Origin: a virus
Strand: one strand, 5' to 3'
DNA length: 64,000 nt
Virus record (IMG/VR): IMGVR_UViG_3300042295_000443
Coordinates: 1-64,000 of that record
The notes beneath the pieces are model-generated. The model was given only the letters and a program-made list of their open reading frames with translations, had not been told where the DNA came from and ran no database searches. The translations under genes were made by a program, and so were the position numbers. Below are positions 1-11,073 of this stretch, one piece after another. Numbering within the stretch: the stretch's first letter is position 1; each line of letters starts with the position of its first letter.

Positions 1-3000
1 TTTGATCATTTGCATTATACCATTTACTACTATTAGGATCATAAAATATTCTTTTTTCTGGAGCAGATTCATCTTTTACATTACTTAAAGATTGAGGACG
101 ACTAAAATATTCTTGATCCTGAGCCCAAAAATTAAATAAATCTTCTGTCATAGGTAATGAATCTTTATAAGTTTTATTACCTATGTCAGGTTGATACATC
201 ATTTCTTTAGTATCTCTATTATAAATAATTTTACCTTTATAAGGTTCTTCAAATGGATACAAGCCCTTGTTTAAAGATTCATCCCAATTATAACCAATCT
301 CTCTAGAATTACCATATTTTTCATCATCTCTAAAAGGGAGCCAAGGTATATAATTATTTAAATCTTCTAATGTAACAGGAGTAGCTTTTGGATATTTATC
401 ATAAACATCAAAGTTTCCAGTAGTAAGTTCAGGTTCACATCTTTTAGTTATTATATTCCAATAAAAATCTTCAGGACAAGGTTCTCCTCCTTCTGCAAAC
501 TTACTTTTATATCCTTTTTGCCAAGAATTTACTAATCCTGATTTAATAGATTTTCCTACTCCAGGAGATCCTAGCATTTCAAATCCAGAAAATCCTAGAT
601 CAAGTCCTGTATCTAAATTAGGATTTGCTATAAACTTAGATAAATTTTCTGGTGCCGTGTATGCACCTTCTAAACCAAAACCAAGATTTACTAAATTAGC
701 AGGAGTTAATGTACCAGCTGTAGCTGAAGTTATTGTCTTACCTAAAGGAATAGCTGTATTATATGCTTGTTTAGTAGCTTGTACTACTGGTGAAGTACCA
801 ACTTTACTTGCTAAAGTTTGGACACCTTTAATTAATCCTGAAGGACCAATACCTGTAGGCATTAAATAAGAATTAAGACCAGAAGATGATCCCTCAAGAA
901 GTTTATCTCTTTCTTCAAATTTTGGATTATCATTCCACATTTTACTAAGAAAATTAGAATTATCATATTCTTTTTGTCTTTTAGTTTTATCTGCTTTAAT
1001 TTCTTTTCTTTGTGTATCTGTTAAATATTTACCATCAAGACCTAATGTTTTAGGATTATACTTTGCATTTTTATTAAGTTCAGCTGATCTTGCTTCTACA
1101 TTTTTACTTAAAGGTACATATTTACCATTATACTCAACAAGCCAAGTACCATCATTTTTTTTAATATATTTTTTATCACCATAGGAATAATAAGAACTTC
1201 CACCTTCTTGAAGTTTATGTAGTCCTCCTTTTTGTGCATGTACTAATCCTTTACCACCACACTTATGACATGTGGTCATATCATTACCACCATCTGCAGC
1301 ATCCCATTCCCAACCACATTTTTTACAGGTTACTTTCTTAGTAAGTAAGGCACCACCTTTTTTCTTTTTATTTAATTTATATTGCATCAAATTCATAATT
1401 TGATTTTGGTAATTTTTTAAATTTTCATAATCATCATATTCTTGACTATATGCTTCTTGAGCTTTTTTATCAGCTACAGAAGAGTTTCCTTTAAAAACAA
1501 GTTGTCTACCTTCTCTTTTAGCATTTTCTATTTCTCCAGGAATATAGTTTCCTTCCTCATCTTCATAGCCTTCCATGTAGTTTTTTATATCTTCTACTTT
1601 TTTGCTAGCTTTTTTATAAAAACCTCCTGTATTTGGTTGACGTTTATTAAGTCCTGATTTTGTAGTATACCTATTATATTTATCATATCCAATCCTATTT
1701 TCAGGATAACTAGGAGAATATTCAGGAGCTAGAAGTTGTTCTGATTGCCCTATTATATCACCAGTATTTGTATCAATAAGATCAGGAACCTTGACTGGCA
1801 TAGGAATAAATTCTTCTTCTTTTATTGGCTCTTCATAAACATTATGTATTACTGGTTTTTTAAATATAGGAAAAGCATACCCATCATCATTTCTTTCTAA
1901 ACCAACTGGTTTTATTTTTAAATTAGATTTTGGACCTTTATATTTATAACTTATAGTAGTACCTGGTTCAGAATTATCTGTATGCCATTTTTTTTCTTGT
2001 CTATCTCTTTCTTTAAAATAGGCATCCCGTGCTTTATCTTGTGCTGTTGGACTTAAGCCAGGAGTAACAATTCTGGACTGAAATGCATTTACTTTATTAA
2101 AATCACTTTTAGCATTATTATAAAAATTTGAACTATCTGACTCAGCTGCAAATGCTTTATCATATATATCTTTATCAGTATGATATACTATTCTTGTATT
2201 TTTAGGAATTTTTACACACTTAGTTCCATTCCAGTATTCTCCACTTTCACATTTATTAAATTTTTCACCACCTTTTTGCTTTTCATTTAAAAAACCTGGA
2301 GATACATCTTTATAATTCTCTGCAAAATAATTAGCATCTTCATCAGAATCAAATCTTATGGCTTCATTAGATTCTGGACCATAGTCTCCAAGTTGTAATA
2401 CACCATTCTCATCTTGTATTTGTGGTACAGCATAGTTATCCATGCTTGCCATATAATGTGTACCAGTATCACCATTATCAAATTGATAAGGAGTATCTGG
2501 AAGGTTGATCATTCTTTTAGCAGCAGGATTACCAAACTCATTAGCATAAGCTAATCTGGCTTTCATCATTCCATTCATTGCATCAGTATCATCACCATCT
2601 TGATATTCATTATCATCTACAGTGTATCCTTCTGCTCTATAAGCTTCTATCTCTTCAGGAGTTAATTCAGCTTCTTCATATGTTCCACCTTCTGCATAAT
2701 ATTTAGCATGTGGATCAAATACTTTATTTTTTCTAGACTTAGGTTTTTTAAATAAATTATTTTCTGTATATAATCTATTGGTTGCATCTAAACTTCTAGA
2801 AAACTTTTTAGATTTTTCTGGTTTATCTTTAGGAAGAGATACTATGCCACCTTTCTTTTTTTCAAAGTCTTCAGGTTGTTCTAACTCAGGTTGTAATCTA
2901 TAGTTAGTAGTAATTTCTTCTCCCGGTTTTAAATCTCTTGATGCAAATATATATCTTTTATTATTTATTTTTTTACTAAAAGCTGTTGGATTTTCTTCAT

Positions 3001-3148
3001 TATGATTATGGTTATGACCAATTTCTGAATAAGGCTGATCATCAACATGTGCTAATCCAATTACCTCACCTTTTTTAAAAGGCGCTTTAGTAAATAAACC
3101 TTTACCAGCTCCTTTTATGTCAGATTGTTTTGTTATGTACTTCTTCAT
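1..3148 (-). CDS. Large modular virion cargo-like polyprotein (3' end outside window, >1049 aa) with N-terminal SET domain
   Basis: Not in ORF track because it runs off the window. ATG at 3148 overlaps the stop of the 1844-aa gene and the frame stays open to position 2. N-terminus has SET motifs (GAGKGLFTKAPFKKGEVIG...HNHNH...IFASRDLKPGEEITTNY). Also has a CKKC...CHKC zinc ribbon and repeated xxxGG motifs. Confidence 0.8.
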   Translation of the reverse strand, partial: MKKYITKQSDIKGAGKGLFTKAPFKKGEVIGLAHVDDQPYSEIGHNHNHNEENPTAFSKKINNKRYIFASRDLKPGEEITTNYRLQPELEQPEDFEKKKGGIVSLPKDKPEKSKKFSRSLDATNRLYTENNLFKKPKSRKNKVFDPHAKYYAEGGTYEEAELTPEEIEAYRAEGYTVDDNEYQDGDDTDAMNGMMKARLAYANEFGNPAAKRMINLPDTPYQFDNGDTGTHYMASMDNYAVPQIQDENGVLQLGDYGPESNEAIRFDSDEDANYFAENYKDVSPGFLNEKQKGGEKFNKCESGEYWNGTKCVKIPKNTRIVYHTDKDIYDKAFAAESDSSNFYNNAKSDFNKVNAFQSRIVTPGLSPTAQDKARDAYFKERDRQEKKWHTDNSEPGTTISYKYKGPKSNLKIKPVGLERNDDGYAFPIFKKPVIHNVYEEPIKEEEFIPMPVKVPDLIDTNTGDIIGQSEQLLAPEYSPSYPENRIGYDKYNRYTTKSGLNKRQPNTGGFYKKASKKVEDIKNYMEGYEDEEGNYIPGEIENAKREGRQLVFKGNSSVADKKAQEAYSQEYDDYENLKNYQNQIMNLMQYKLNKKKKGGALLTKKVTCKKCGWEWDAADGGNDMTTCHKCGGKGLVHAQKGGLHKLQEGGSSYYSYGDKKYIKKNDGTWLVEYNGKYVPLSKNVEARSAELNKNAKYNPKTLGLDGKYLTDTQRKEIKADKTKRQKEYDNSNFLSKMWNDNPKFEERDKLLEGSSSGLNSYLMPTGIGPSGLIKGVQTLASKVGTSPVVQATKQAYNTAIPLGKTITSATAGTLTPANLVNLGFGLEGAYTAPENLSKFIANPNLDTGLDLGFSGFEMLGSPGVGKSIKSGLVNSWQKGYKSKFAEGGEPCPEDFYWNIITKRCEPELTTGNFDVYDKYPKATPVTLEDLNNYIPWLPFRDDEKYGNSREIGYNWDESLNKGLYPFEEPYKGKIIYNRDTKEMMYQPDIGNKTYKDSLPMTEDLFNFWAQDQEYFSRPQSLSNVKDESAPEKRIFYDPNSSKWYNANDQ

Positions 3149-6100
3149 TATCTTTGAGATGTTTGATTCTTACTATTAACAATTTTTACTACCATATTTA
3201 TATCTCCAGAAATATCTTTTTTAAGATTTAAGAAATTTAAATAATGTCTAAACTTTTTTCTTTGTGTCTGTGATTTATTATAATCAAGATTAAGTGGATT
3301 TAAAATTTTAGTATAGCCATTAGATGAAGTTTCCCATATGTTTTGAGAATCATAGTTTCCATTTAATATAGTTGAACCAGGAATAACTGGACCTGTTGGA
3401 GGATAATCTGATCCTATTGGAAACTCTCCTCTATCTTTAGTAATGTCCCAGAACTGATTAAACCTGTATTTATTTTCTTCTTTAGAGAATAATATGTCAA
3501 AAGAATTCTGATTAGCATTTAATTTAGGATAGTCTAAACTTAAAGTAACATTATTTTTTGGAAATAAATTAAGATTTAAATATCCAGATGCTTGTTCTGA
3601 ATTAAATATAATAGCATTATCAAAATTAAAATCTAAAACATGATGTTGATCTACACAATTAATTTTAGATATTCTATAACACTCTAATATATATTCAATA
3701 CTTTTTATTGTAGTAACTGTTTGTCCAGTTATTATTGGGAACTCTATTTCAAATGGGTAGTTTTGATCATAAAAATTACAAAAACTATTACATGTATCAT
3801 TATGTTTCCATATTGCATTATTTTTAGTTGTTATAAATTTTCCTTTATTTGGAATAATTAAATCTGGATGCCAGTCATGAAAAGAAATCCAGAAATCATT
3901 TTTAGGGTCAAAACTTATTGTCCATGATGCATCTTCAAATAATAAAGAATTTCCTAATAAATATGTACCAGGTAAAATAGCTCCAGGAGAACCATTAGGT
4001 TGTGTTGGATTTTGTATTTGAAAATAGTCACCAGTACCTTTTCTATTTAAAGGTACATATATAACACTCTGTCCTCCAGGTACTTTCCATTTATCTAATA
4101 ATTTATAATCTTTTTTAGAAAAGAATATAATTGAGTTTTCATTATCATATAATGTTTGACATCCAATACCTGCTACAGGATTATCTAAATAAGGATATGT
4201 AGGAAAATCTATTGTAAGGTTATATGGTAAAAATAAATTAAACCACCACTTTAAACCAGATTGAGAAATTTCTTTTAATCCTCCAGAATAAGAAAATATT
4301 TTTCCTTGATTTTGTGAAATATAAAATAAACCACCAGGTGTAGACAATACAGATAATCTATTTTGAGATGATCCATATTCATATGGTACATCTGCATTAG
4401 TTACTGATTGTCCTGGTTGAGAAAATAAACCACCATCTCCAATAGTAATTTTTGTAGCAAGATCTGTTTGAAGAACATCTACACCTTGATACATTAATGG
4501 ACTTGCATTTTTAAATGTAATAAACAAACCACTTTTATTAATAGACTTTACTCCACTAATTTGTGATTTAAATTCATTATAATTATTAGGTAAGTACACA
4601 AACCAAGAATCTTTAAAAGATTCATTTTGTTGAGGTAATGAATAATATAATCTATCTGGATAATATGTATAACATAATTGTGCAACAAAAGGATCATAGT
4701 TTCTGCTTTGTAAATTACCTGCAGAAAAATATTGACTAAAAGCTTTTGATATACTTAATGAATAATCATATCTATAATCATTACCTCTTGCAATTATTTG
4801 AGGATCCATATTAAACATTGCATTTAAGTCAGTATAAGAATATGGATCATAAAACTTTTCTGCTTCTGTTATTCCTGCTATTCTAAAATCTACAAGAACA
4901 TCTGACTCTACAAAGAAATCTCTTACAGAAGATACTGCAAGATAAAAGAATGATTCTTTAACTCTGAATACTCCTGGATATCCTAATGCTGATAAACTAT
5001 CATCAGCATACTGATATCTTTTATTATCTAAATTATAAAAATCTGTAGGAACATTTCCTGTGCCTGGAGTAAAAGTACTAAAGTTTGGAGCAAAATCAGT
5101 TGAGTCATATGCTTTTGAATTTACCCAAAATCTTGGCTCAGGAACCATCTGATGTAAAAGATAATTATATTCAAATCCATCTGGTTGACCAAATAGCCAA
5201 TCATAGAAAAAGAACATAGAATTTTTTTCTGTATATCTATTTACAAAAGTATCACCACCAAAAAAAGTTGGTGTGAATTGAATAAGATTTACAAAATATT
5301 GTACACCAGGATCTGTAGCACAATTATAAGGACCTACAGGAGCTACAGTATAATTTGATAATTTTTGTTCACAAGGAGTTATAGCAATTTGTTTTATAGA
5401 TTGTAATTGACCATATTGATTTCTTAATCTAATTTTTAAAGCAGCATAGTAACTTGCAATTGATAAGCCAAAAGGAACACTAGGATTATCAAAATTAGGA
5501 GAACCAACTGTTGACCAATTCCATCCATTATTGACAGCTTGATTATTTTCAAAATATCCTAATGTAACTAATGACTGATCAACATATTGACCAGCAGCAT
5601 TTGTTATATAAGCAGGACCAATATTAATTCCATTAGGAAAAAGAGGATTAACATAATCTCCTGTTTTAGTTCTTACAACAACTGTATCAGATCTTTTAAG
5701 ATTATTTATACTATAGGCTGTAGACTGTGTTGTAGGAAAACCTAATGGATCTGGAATAATTGCATTATATTGTTGAACTTCTTGAATATTATCTCTAATA
5801 TAAAAACTATCTTCTATCTTATATCTTTGTACAGAACCAAATACATTTGGTTTTATCATATCATCATAGAAACCATGACCAATTTGTTGTAATGCATATT
5901 GATCATATCTTATAGAAGCATATAGAACTCTTAAAGCAAGATCAAAACCTTCTGAAAAATAATATAAAAATTTTGAAATACCACCTAATATATCAAATGC
6001 TGTTCCTATAGATCCTGGAATATAATCATTCCAAGTAAGTTCTTTATCTAATGTAGGTGATGTATAAGTTCCTATATTTGCTGATGCATTATTAAATGTT

Positions 6101-8682
6101 TGTAATGATGTAGTTAAAAGATCTGTTCCTAAAAAAGCATCTGATAAAGCTCCTCCTAAATTAAAATAACTATTATAAGCTGCATTATATGCAGATTTAA
6201 TTCCTACTACTGGCAAATTAAATGCAGTTGAACTACTACTATTAGTGGGTAGTCCACCAGTACTCTGACCAGCAGCAGGTGTCCAACCCCAAGCAACACC
6301 TGATTGATTAGTAAAGGAACCTCCTGGTTGATTGTATACTCTTTTTCCAATTAAACTTATTATAGCTTCTCCAATACCAACTAATACTGATATTAATACA
6401 GCTGCATTAGAAAGTAATTTAAATTTAGGATGAAGAGCTGGTTCAATAAATTGTTGTGAAGAAACTCCTTGTAAATAACCATATAACTTTATTTCTGTCA
6501 TTGACAAAAATGGAGATGTAAACATTGTATCAGGAGAATGAAATGTTATCATATCTGTTGGTACATTCTGAGGAATTACAACAGTATAATCATCAGGTTT
6601 TTTAGGTATTCTAATGTATGGATCATTAAACTGATAGTTATTATCTAATGTATTAAGATTATTCATTGGAGATTGAATACAGTTAAAGGGATAGTTAGGA
6701 TATAATCCTATTCTGCCTCTAGCTACTGTTCCTTTAATTTTATAAGTTCTAAGATTATTAACCATTCCTTTGGCAATAATACTTTTATTTCCTTCCCTTG
6801 ATCCTCTTAAAATTTCAAATCCAACTATACCAGGTATATCTATACCATCATTATCTTTTGGAAGAATAATATTTTCAAATCTAACTCCTAACAATCTAAT
6901 CTTTAATCCTGTATTTGCATTTGAAACTGGATTAAAATGTACAGTGTCAATGTTTAAATAATTATCAGGAAATTTATGATGTCTAATTGGGAGTCCACAT
7001 AAATCATAAATATTAGATATTTGTGGTAAAGGACCTGTCCAACAATGAGCACTTGCATTCCAAATTTCTGGTTGGTTATCTGGATACTTTTCTGATGATT
7101 CCCAGTACCCCATATTTCCTGAAGCAATTATAACTCCTCCATCATCTGTAGTTGTTGGTATAAGTGCTGGTACTGGATAAGCATTAGCAGTATTATACAT
7201 TTCAAAAAACTGATCTGTAACATCTAAAGTGTTTAAATCATGAATAGTAGGAGTATTTGTTCTTTCAGGAACTATAGTATTGTTATAAAGATAGCTTCCT
7301 GAAGGTCTTCCCGGAATATGATATGAAGCAGATTTGTCTCCTGTATCATATACCCATCTTATAAAAAAACAATATACTTCATCTCTTAAATAACTTCCTT
7401 TATTTCCACCTTTAACATAATAGTCAGATGGATATTCTGTTGATACCCACTTAGTTCCAATTTGATTTGCCAAAGGTTGATAATTAAAATCAAACTTAGA
7501 TGTAGGACCTACCCTTAGTAAATAATTATTTACTTCAGTAATTTGATCAGACTTTTCAAAGATAGGAGTTTGCAATGGTAATAATCTAGTTGGTACTGTT
7601 ATAAGAGTATCAGGTATTTGATCTAACTCAACTACATTTGTATTTGTAGAGTATAAACCTATTTCTTTTGCAACAGTTCCCTGGTTAACATTTTGTACTA
7701 CTACTAATACAAATTCAGAAAAATTTGCTGAGTCAGCTGAAATATTAATTTGTAAAGATCCTTGTAAATCATTTGGATGCCATATTGGTTGTGTATTACT
7801 AGGAGAGAAATAATCTGTTACTCTTTGTCCTTTAATTGTATAAGCTATTAATGCAAAGTATGTTCCATTTCTTAATGTTCCTCCGGATGCTCCTAAATTA
7901 ACACTAACACAAGGTGTTTCCATTAATCTTGCTAATCTACTTTTAGGACAATCTAATGAATTTATATCAGTACATGTAATACAGGCATTTAAAGTTGGAC
8001 AGTTAGGTGGCCATACTCCAGGAGATGTTTGTACACATCCTGCATTATCATCACATATTTGTTCCCATTGTACTCCAGGCCAAAGTATTTGATTAGTACC
8101 ATCTGTATAATAATTAACAGTTGCTGGATTTGCAAGGGGAGTTCCTAACCAACTAAAAGTTGTAGGATTTGGCCAAGTTTGTGGATCTCCTACATTAAGA
8201 AATCTATCAGGATTTAAACCATCAGCCCAGTATATTTGATATGAGCAATCTTCTTTTTCTCTTGATGATCCAGAAATTAAAAATCTTTTATCAAAACCTA
8301 AACAAGCATCTTGAACAATAGGTCTATATCTACAGATGTCTTCTTCTAATAAACCTATCTCAGACATAACAGGAACTCCTAATGAATTATGTCCAGCAGT
8401 AAATATTATCCAATTGCTTGAAAATAAATGTATTACTCCTATAATATATTTATTTTGAGCTCCATTAAGTCCTGCATTAGGCATTGTTAAACCAGCAGTA
8501 GCACATAAATAATTTGAACTTTCATTTGATAATGTTCCTAACTGACCTTCTTCATTATTATTTACAGCATTGCGGGCATGTGTCCACATTCCTTCTCCAA
8601 CAAAAGATGCATCACTATCTTTATTAAGTCCTTTATTAAAACTTCTTGAAACATTTTCAGTTGTACTCTGTATTTTTGCCAT
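3148..8682 (-). CDS. Tail stabilisation / muzzle protein (crAss-like)
   Basis: 1844 aa, beta-rich. N-terminal FNKGLNKD...WTHARNA and C-terminal WISFHDWHP segments, plus position after the ring proteins, fit the Crassvirales tail stabilisation protein. Confidence 0.65.
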   Translation of the reverse strand: MAKIQSTTENVSRSFNKGLNKDSDASFVGEGMWTHARNAVNNNEEGQLGTLSNESSNYLCATAGLTMPNAGLNGAQNKYIIGVIHLFSSNWIIFTAGHNSLGVPVMSEIGLLEEDICRYRPIVQDACLGFDKRFLISGSSREKEDCSYQIYWADGLNPDRFLNVGDPQTWPNPTTFSWLGTPLANPATVNYYTDGTNQILWPGVQWEQICDDNAGCVQTSPGVWPPNCPTLNACITCTDINSLDCPKSRLARLMETPCVSVNLGASGGTLRNGTYFALIAYTIKGQRVTDYFSPSNTQPIWHPNDLQGSLQINISADSANFSEFVLVVVQNVNQGTVAKEIGLYSTNTNVVELDQIPDTLITVPTRLLPLQTPIFEKSDQITEVNNYLLRVGPTSKFDFNYQPLANQIGTKWVSTEYPSDYYVKGGNKGSYLRDEVYCFFIRWVYDTGDKSASYHIPGRPSGSYLYNNTIVPERTNTPTIHDLNTLDVTDQFFEMYNTANAYPVPALIPTTTDDGGVIIASGNMGYWESSEKYPDNQPEIWNASAHCWTGPLPQISNIYDLCGLPIRHHKFPDNYLNIDTVHFNPVSNANTGLKIRLLGVRFENIILPKDNDGIDIPGIVGFEILRGSREGNKSIIAKGMVNNLRTYKIKGTVARGRIGLYPNYPFNCIQSPMNNLNTLDNNYQFNDPYIRIPKKPDDYTVVIPQNVPTDMITFHSPDTMFTSPFLSMTEIKLYGYLQGVSSQQFIEPALHPKFKLLSNAAVLISVLVGIGEAIISLIGKRVYNQPGGSFTNQSGVAWGWTPAAGQSTGGLPTNSSSSTAFNLPVVGIKSAYNAAYNSYFNLGGALSDAFLGTDLLTTSLQTFNNASANIGTYTSPTLDKELTWNDYIPGSIGTAFDILGGISKFLYYFSEGFDLALRVLYASIRYDQYALQQIGHGFYDDMIKPNVFGSVQRYKIEDSFYIRDNIQEVQQYNAIIPDPLGFPTTQSTAYSINNLKRSDTVVVRTKTGDYVNPLFPNGINIGPAYITNAAGQYVDQSLVTLGYFENNQAVNNGWNWSTVGSPNFDNPSVPFGLSIASYYAALKIRLRNQYGQLQSIKQIAITPCEQKLSNYTVAPVGPYNCATDPGVQYFVNLIQFTPTFFGGDTFVNRYTEKNSMFFFYDWLFGQPDGFEYNYLLHQMVPEPRFWVNSKAYDSTDFAPNFSTFTPGTGNVPTDFYNLDNKRYQYADDSLSALGYPGVFRVKESFFYLAVSSVRDFFVESDVLVDFRIAGITEAEKFYDPYSYTDLNAMFNMDPQIIARGNDYRYDYSLSISKAFSQYFSAGNLQSRNYDPFVAQLCYTYYPDRLYYSLPQQNESFKDSWFVYLPNNYNEFKSQISGVKSINKSGLFITFKNASPLMYQGVDVLQTDLATKITIGDGGLFSQPGQSVTNADVPYEYGSSQNRLSVLSTPGGLFYISQNQGKIFSYSGGLKEISQSGLKWWFNLFLPYNLTIDFPTYPYLDNPVAGIGCQTLYDNENSIIFFSKKDYKLLDKWKVPGGQSVIYVPLNRKGTGDYFQIQNPTQPNGSPGAILPGTYLLGNSLLFEDASWTISFDPKNDFWISFHDWHPDLIIPNKGKFITTKNNAIWKHNDTCNSFCNFYDQNYPFEIEFPIITGQTVTTIKSIEYILECYRISKINCVDQHHVLDFNFDNAIIFNSEQASGYLNLNLFPKNNVTLSLDYPKLNANQNSFDILFSKEENKYRFNQFWDITKDRGEFPIGSDYPPTGPVIPGSTILNGNYDSQNIWETSSNGYTKILNPLNLDYNKSQTQRKKFRHYLNFLNLKKDISGDINMVVKIVNSKNQTSQR

Positions 8683-8684
8683 AA

Positions 8685-9701
8685 CTATACTAATCTATTT
8701 CTGCCAATAGGACCATAACTACTAAACATATCATAATACCTACCATACATTGCTCTTCTATTTGCTGCCCATACATTTTGTAATTCTCTAAAGTTTGGAG
8801 TATTAACTACATTAAGTGCAGCATTTCTTGCTACTCTTAATTGTGATTGTATATATTGCATTTTTTGTGCAACATCTTCTCCATTCATATATAAATTTTC
8901 AAGAATTCTAGCTTTAAATGCATATTCATAATATTCATTTATAAGATCATGATCTGGAACTAATAAATTTCCATTGTCATCTTCCATTGCTCCTTGATAA
9001 TTTAAATAAACTTTTGCTGTATCTAATGTAGTAAATAAAAAACCTCCTTTAATCCATCCTTCATTTGCTGAATTAACATATAAGTTAGGACAGTCACATT
9101 CTATTTCTTGACTTGCTCTCATTCTTAAAGGAACAACAGAATTATATGTTCTAGTTTGTCCACCTGTTACAACTTGTATAAGTTCATATTTGTCTCCCTT
9201 ACAGTTCATAAAAACTCTTGGAGGTATACAAGTATCACCATAAGGGTTTAAAGGATCATAAGCTACTGGAATTGGATCTACTATAGGAAAATTAAGATCA
9301 CAGCCTGCAGTATGATTACAAGGATTAGAATTACATGTTCTACAGTTAACTGTAATTGGAGAACATACATCTACTGTAGAGGGAACTTCTACATAAGGAA
9401 CTTCTTGAATATTTGTTCCTCCCATATCATATCCTGTATTTACAGTATAAGAACCACAAAGCATTGCATAGTTAAATACATAAAAGTCATCTGGTAATTT
9501 TACCTTACCATGACATACTTCTAATATAACTTCTTTAGTTTGATTAATTCTTAAACCAAGATCATAATTTAACTTCTTAGCTAATTTAATTAATTGCTGA
9601 GGCTCTATCATATTTTCAAGAGCAAAAGTGTTAAAATCTACAGATACATCTTCTAAGAGTTGATTAAAAGATCTATACCTAAGTGTGTAGTTAAAATCCA
9701 T
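8685..9701 (-). CDS. Tail ring / tubular protein with Cys-rich insertion
   Basis: 338 aa. KVKLPDDF and VYLNYQG..EDDNGNLLVPD motifs resemble crAss-like ring proteins; synteny agrees. Confidence 0.5.
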   Translation of the reverse strand: MDFNYTLRYRSFNQLLEDVSVDFNTFALENMIEPQQLIKLAKKLNYDLGLRINQTKEVILEVCHGKVKLPDDFYVFNYAMLCGSYTVNTGYDMGGTNIQEVPYVEVPSTVDVCSPITVNCRTCNSNPCNHTAGCDLNFPIVDPIPVAYDPLNPYGDTCIPPRVFMNCKGDKYELIQVVTGGQTRTYNSVVPLRMRASQEIECDCPNLYVNSANEGWIKGGFLFTTLDTAKVYLNYQGAMEDDNGNLLVPDHDLINEYYEYAFKARILENLYMNGEDVAQKMQYIQSQLRVARNAALNVVNTPNFRELQNVWAANRRAMYGRYYDMFSSYGPIGRNRLV

Positions 9702-10363
9702 TATCTTAGAGTATTTTGACTATCATCTGGACCATCACCTGGAACAGATAAAGACATAGTTAATTCTTTAATTACAAATTGTTCTGCTTCTGAAAATAAA
9801 TAATCAGGTAAAGCAAATTGTTGATCTTGTTTTATACCACATTCTTCAGTAGTACATGTATCTAATTTTCCTTCAAAAATGGCTTCTACTCTTACGGCAT
9901 CCCAATCTATATTAGGAGCAAAAAGATAACCATCTAAATACCAAAAATAAAAGCTTCTATTATATTTCCAAGTTGTAGTCTTAGTCATAGATACCCAAGT
10001 ACCTGGGTCTGTTCTATACATTTCTATAGTACCATCTATAGAAGATACTGTACGGAAGATAGGACCAAATACTCCATCTAGAATAGTAGGAAGTTTTTCT
10101 TTTGACCTTTTAAAATAACATCCTGAAAAAACACCAATACATCCTGCATCTACTTTATCTACATCTATCATTTCAATATAAGGTAATACAGAAAAGATAG
10201 AACTTATCTTCATTAACTTAAATTGATTATCTTCTCTTTTAATTAATGCTTGTGCATATTTTAATAAAGAGTAATAAATAGTTCTATCAGTTAAAAATGG
10301 ATCTTCTTTAACTGCTTTTAATGTATTTCTTACTCTTGAAATTGCTTCTCCAATTGTTGTCAT
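9701..10363 (-). CDS. Tail ring protein
   Basis: 220 aa, between IHF-like gene and ring/muzzle genes; YFWYLDGYLF...VRVEAIFE pattern. Confidence 0.45.
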   Translation of the reverse strand: MTTIGEAISRVRNTLKAVKEDPFLTDRTIYYSLLKYAQALIKREDNQFKLMKISSIFSVLPYIEMIDVDKVDAGCIGVFSGCYFKRSKEKLPTILDGVFGPIFRTVSSIDGTIEMYRTDPGTWVSMTKTTTWKYNRSFYFWYLDGYLFAPNIDWDAVRVEAIFEGKLDTCTTEECGIKQDQQFALPDYLFSEAEQFVIKELTMSLSVPGDGPDDSQNTLR

Positions 10364-10941
10364 AAGTCAAATTCATTATAATTTTTTAAATCTTCACTTT
10401 CTTTTGCTTTATACATATTTTTTAAAACAGTTTTTTGATAAGCAAGTTTAGCTCTTTTAGCTGGATCAACTGCTACATACATATTCCAGTTTTCTGGATA
10501 TGTTTTAGCAACTAATCTTTTAAAATCTCTACAAGCTACAAATTCCCAAAATTCTCTATTTTTCATTTTATGTTTTAAAGCATAACTAGTAAAAAATATT
10601 TTAGCTAACTTACCATCTGTTTCCCAATTTCTATTAGTAACTATAACTCCATATTTAGTAGATTTGGCAAAGTCAATATTTTCTTTTTTACTTTGCTCAC
10701 ATGTTCCAATAAATAACCATCCAATAGATTCTGGTAATTGTACACCATCTCTTACATCTATTACAGTTTGATAAACATGTGTATTAAATGTTTTTCCTAT
10801 CTTCTTTAATACAGTGTCATCAATATGTTTATACTTAGAAAATTTCTTTTTAAAACTTCCTAAGAAATCAGAGTTTAAAACACTATAAACCTGTGGTCTA
10901 AACCTTGGAGCTTTAACATCTGGCTTTTTAAATTCTCTCAT
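10360..10941 (-). CDS. IHF/HU-like protein (conserved in crAss-like tail block)
   Basis: Basic 193-aa protein. DGVQLPESIGWLFIG resembles the HU/IHF beta-arm start; synteny agrees. Confidence 0.45.
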   Translation of the reverse strand: MREFKKPDVKAPRFRPQVYSVLNSDFLGSFKKKFSKYKHIDDTVLKKIGKTFNTHVYQTVIDVRDGVQLPESIGWLFIGTCEQSKKENIDFAKSTKYGVIVTNRNWETDGKLAKIFFTSYALKHKMKNREFWEFVACRDFKRLVAKTYPENWNMYVAVDPAKRAKLAYQKTVLKNMYKAKESEDLKNYNEFDL

Positions 10942-10952
10942 ACTATACTAAT

Positions 10953-10965
10953 TAATATACTAAAA
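10953..10965 (-). promoter_or_regulatory. Late promoter motif TTTTAGTATATTA
   Basis: One of about 10 GTATATTA copies lying just upstream of minus-strand starts. Confidence 0.6.
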
Positions 10966-11073
10966 ATAAATGACTTTAGCAAATATAGGTATAAAAACAA
11001 AACCCCCACAAGTGTGAGGGCTTCGCGTGTTGTTACAGAAACCAACAACTGCAACTTTATTTTTTAAATTTAT

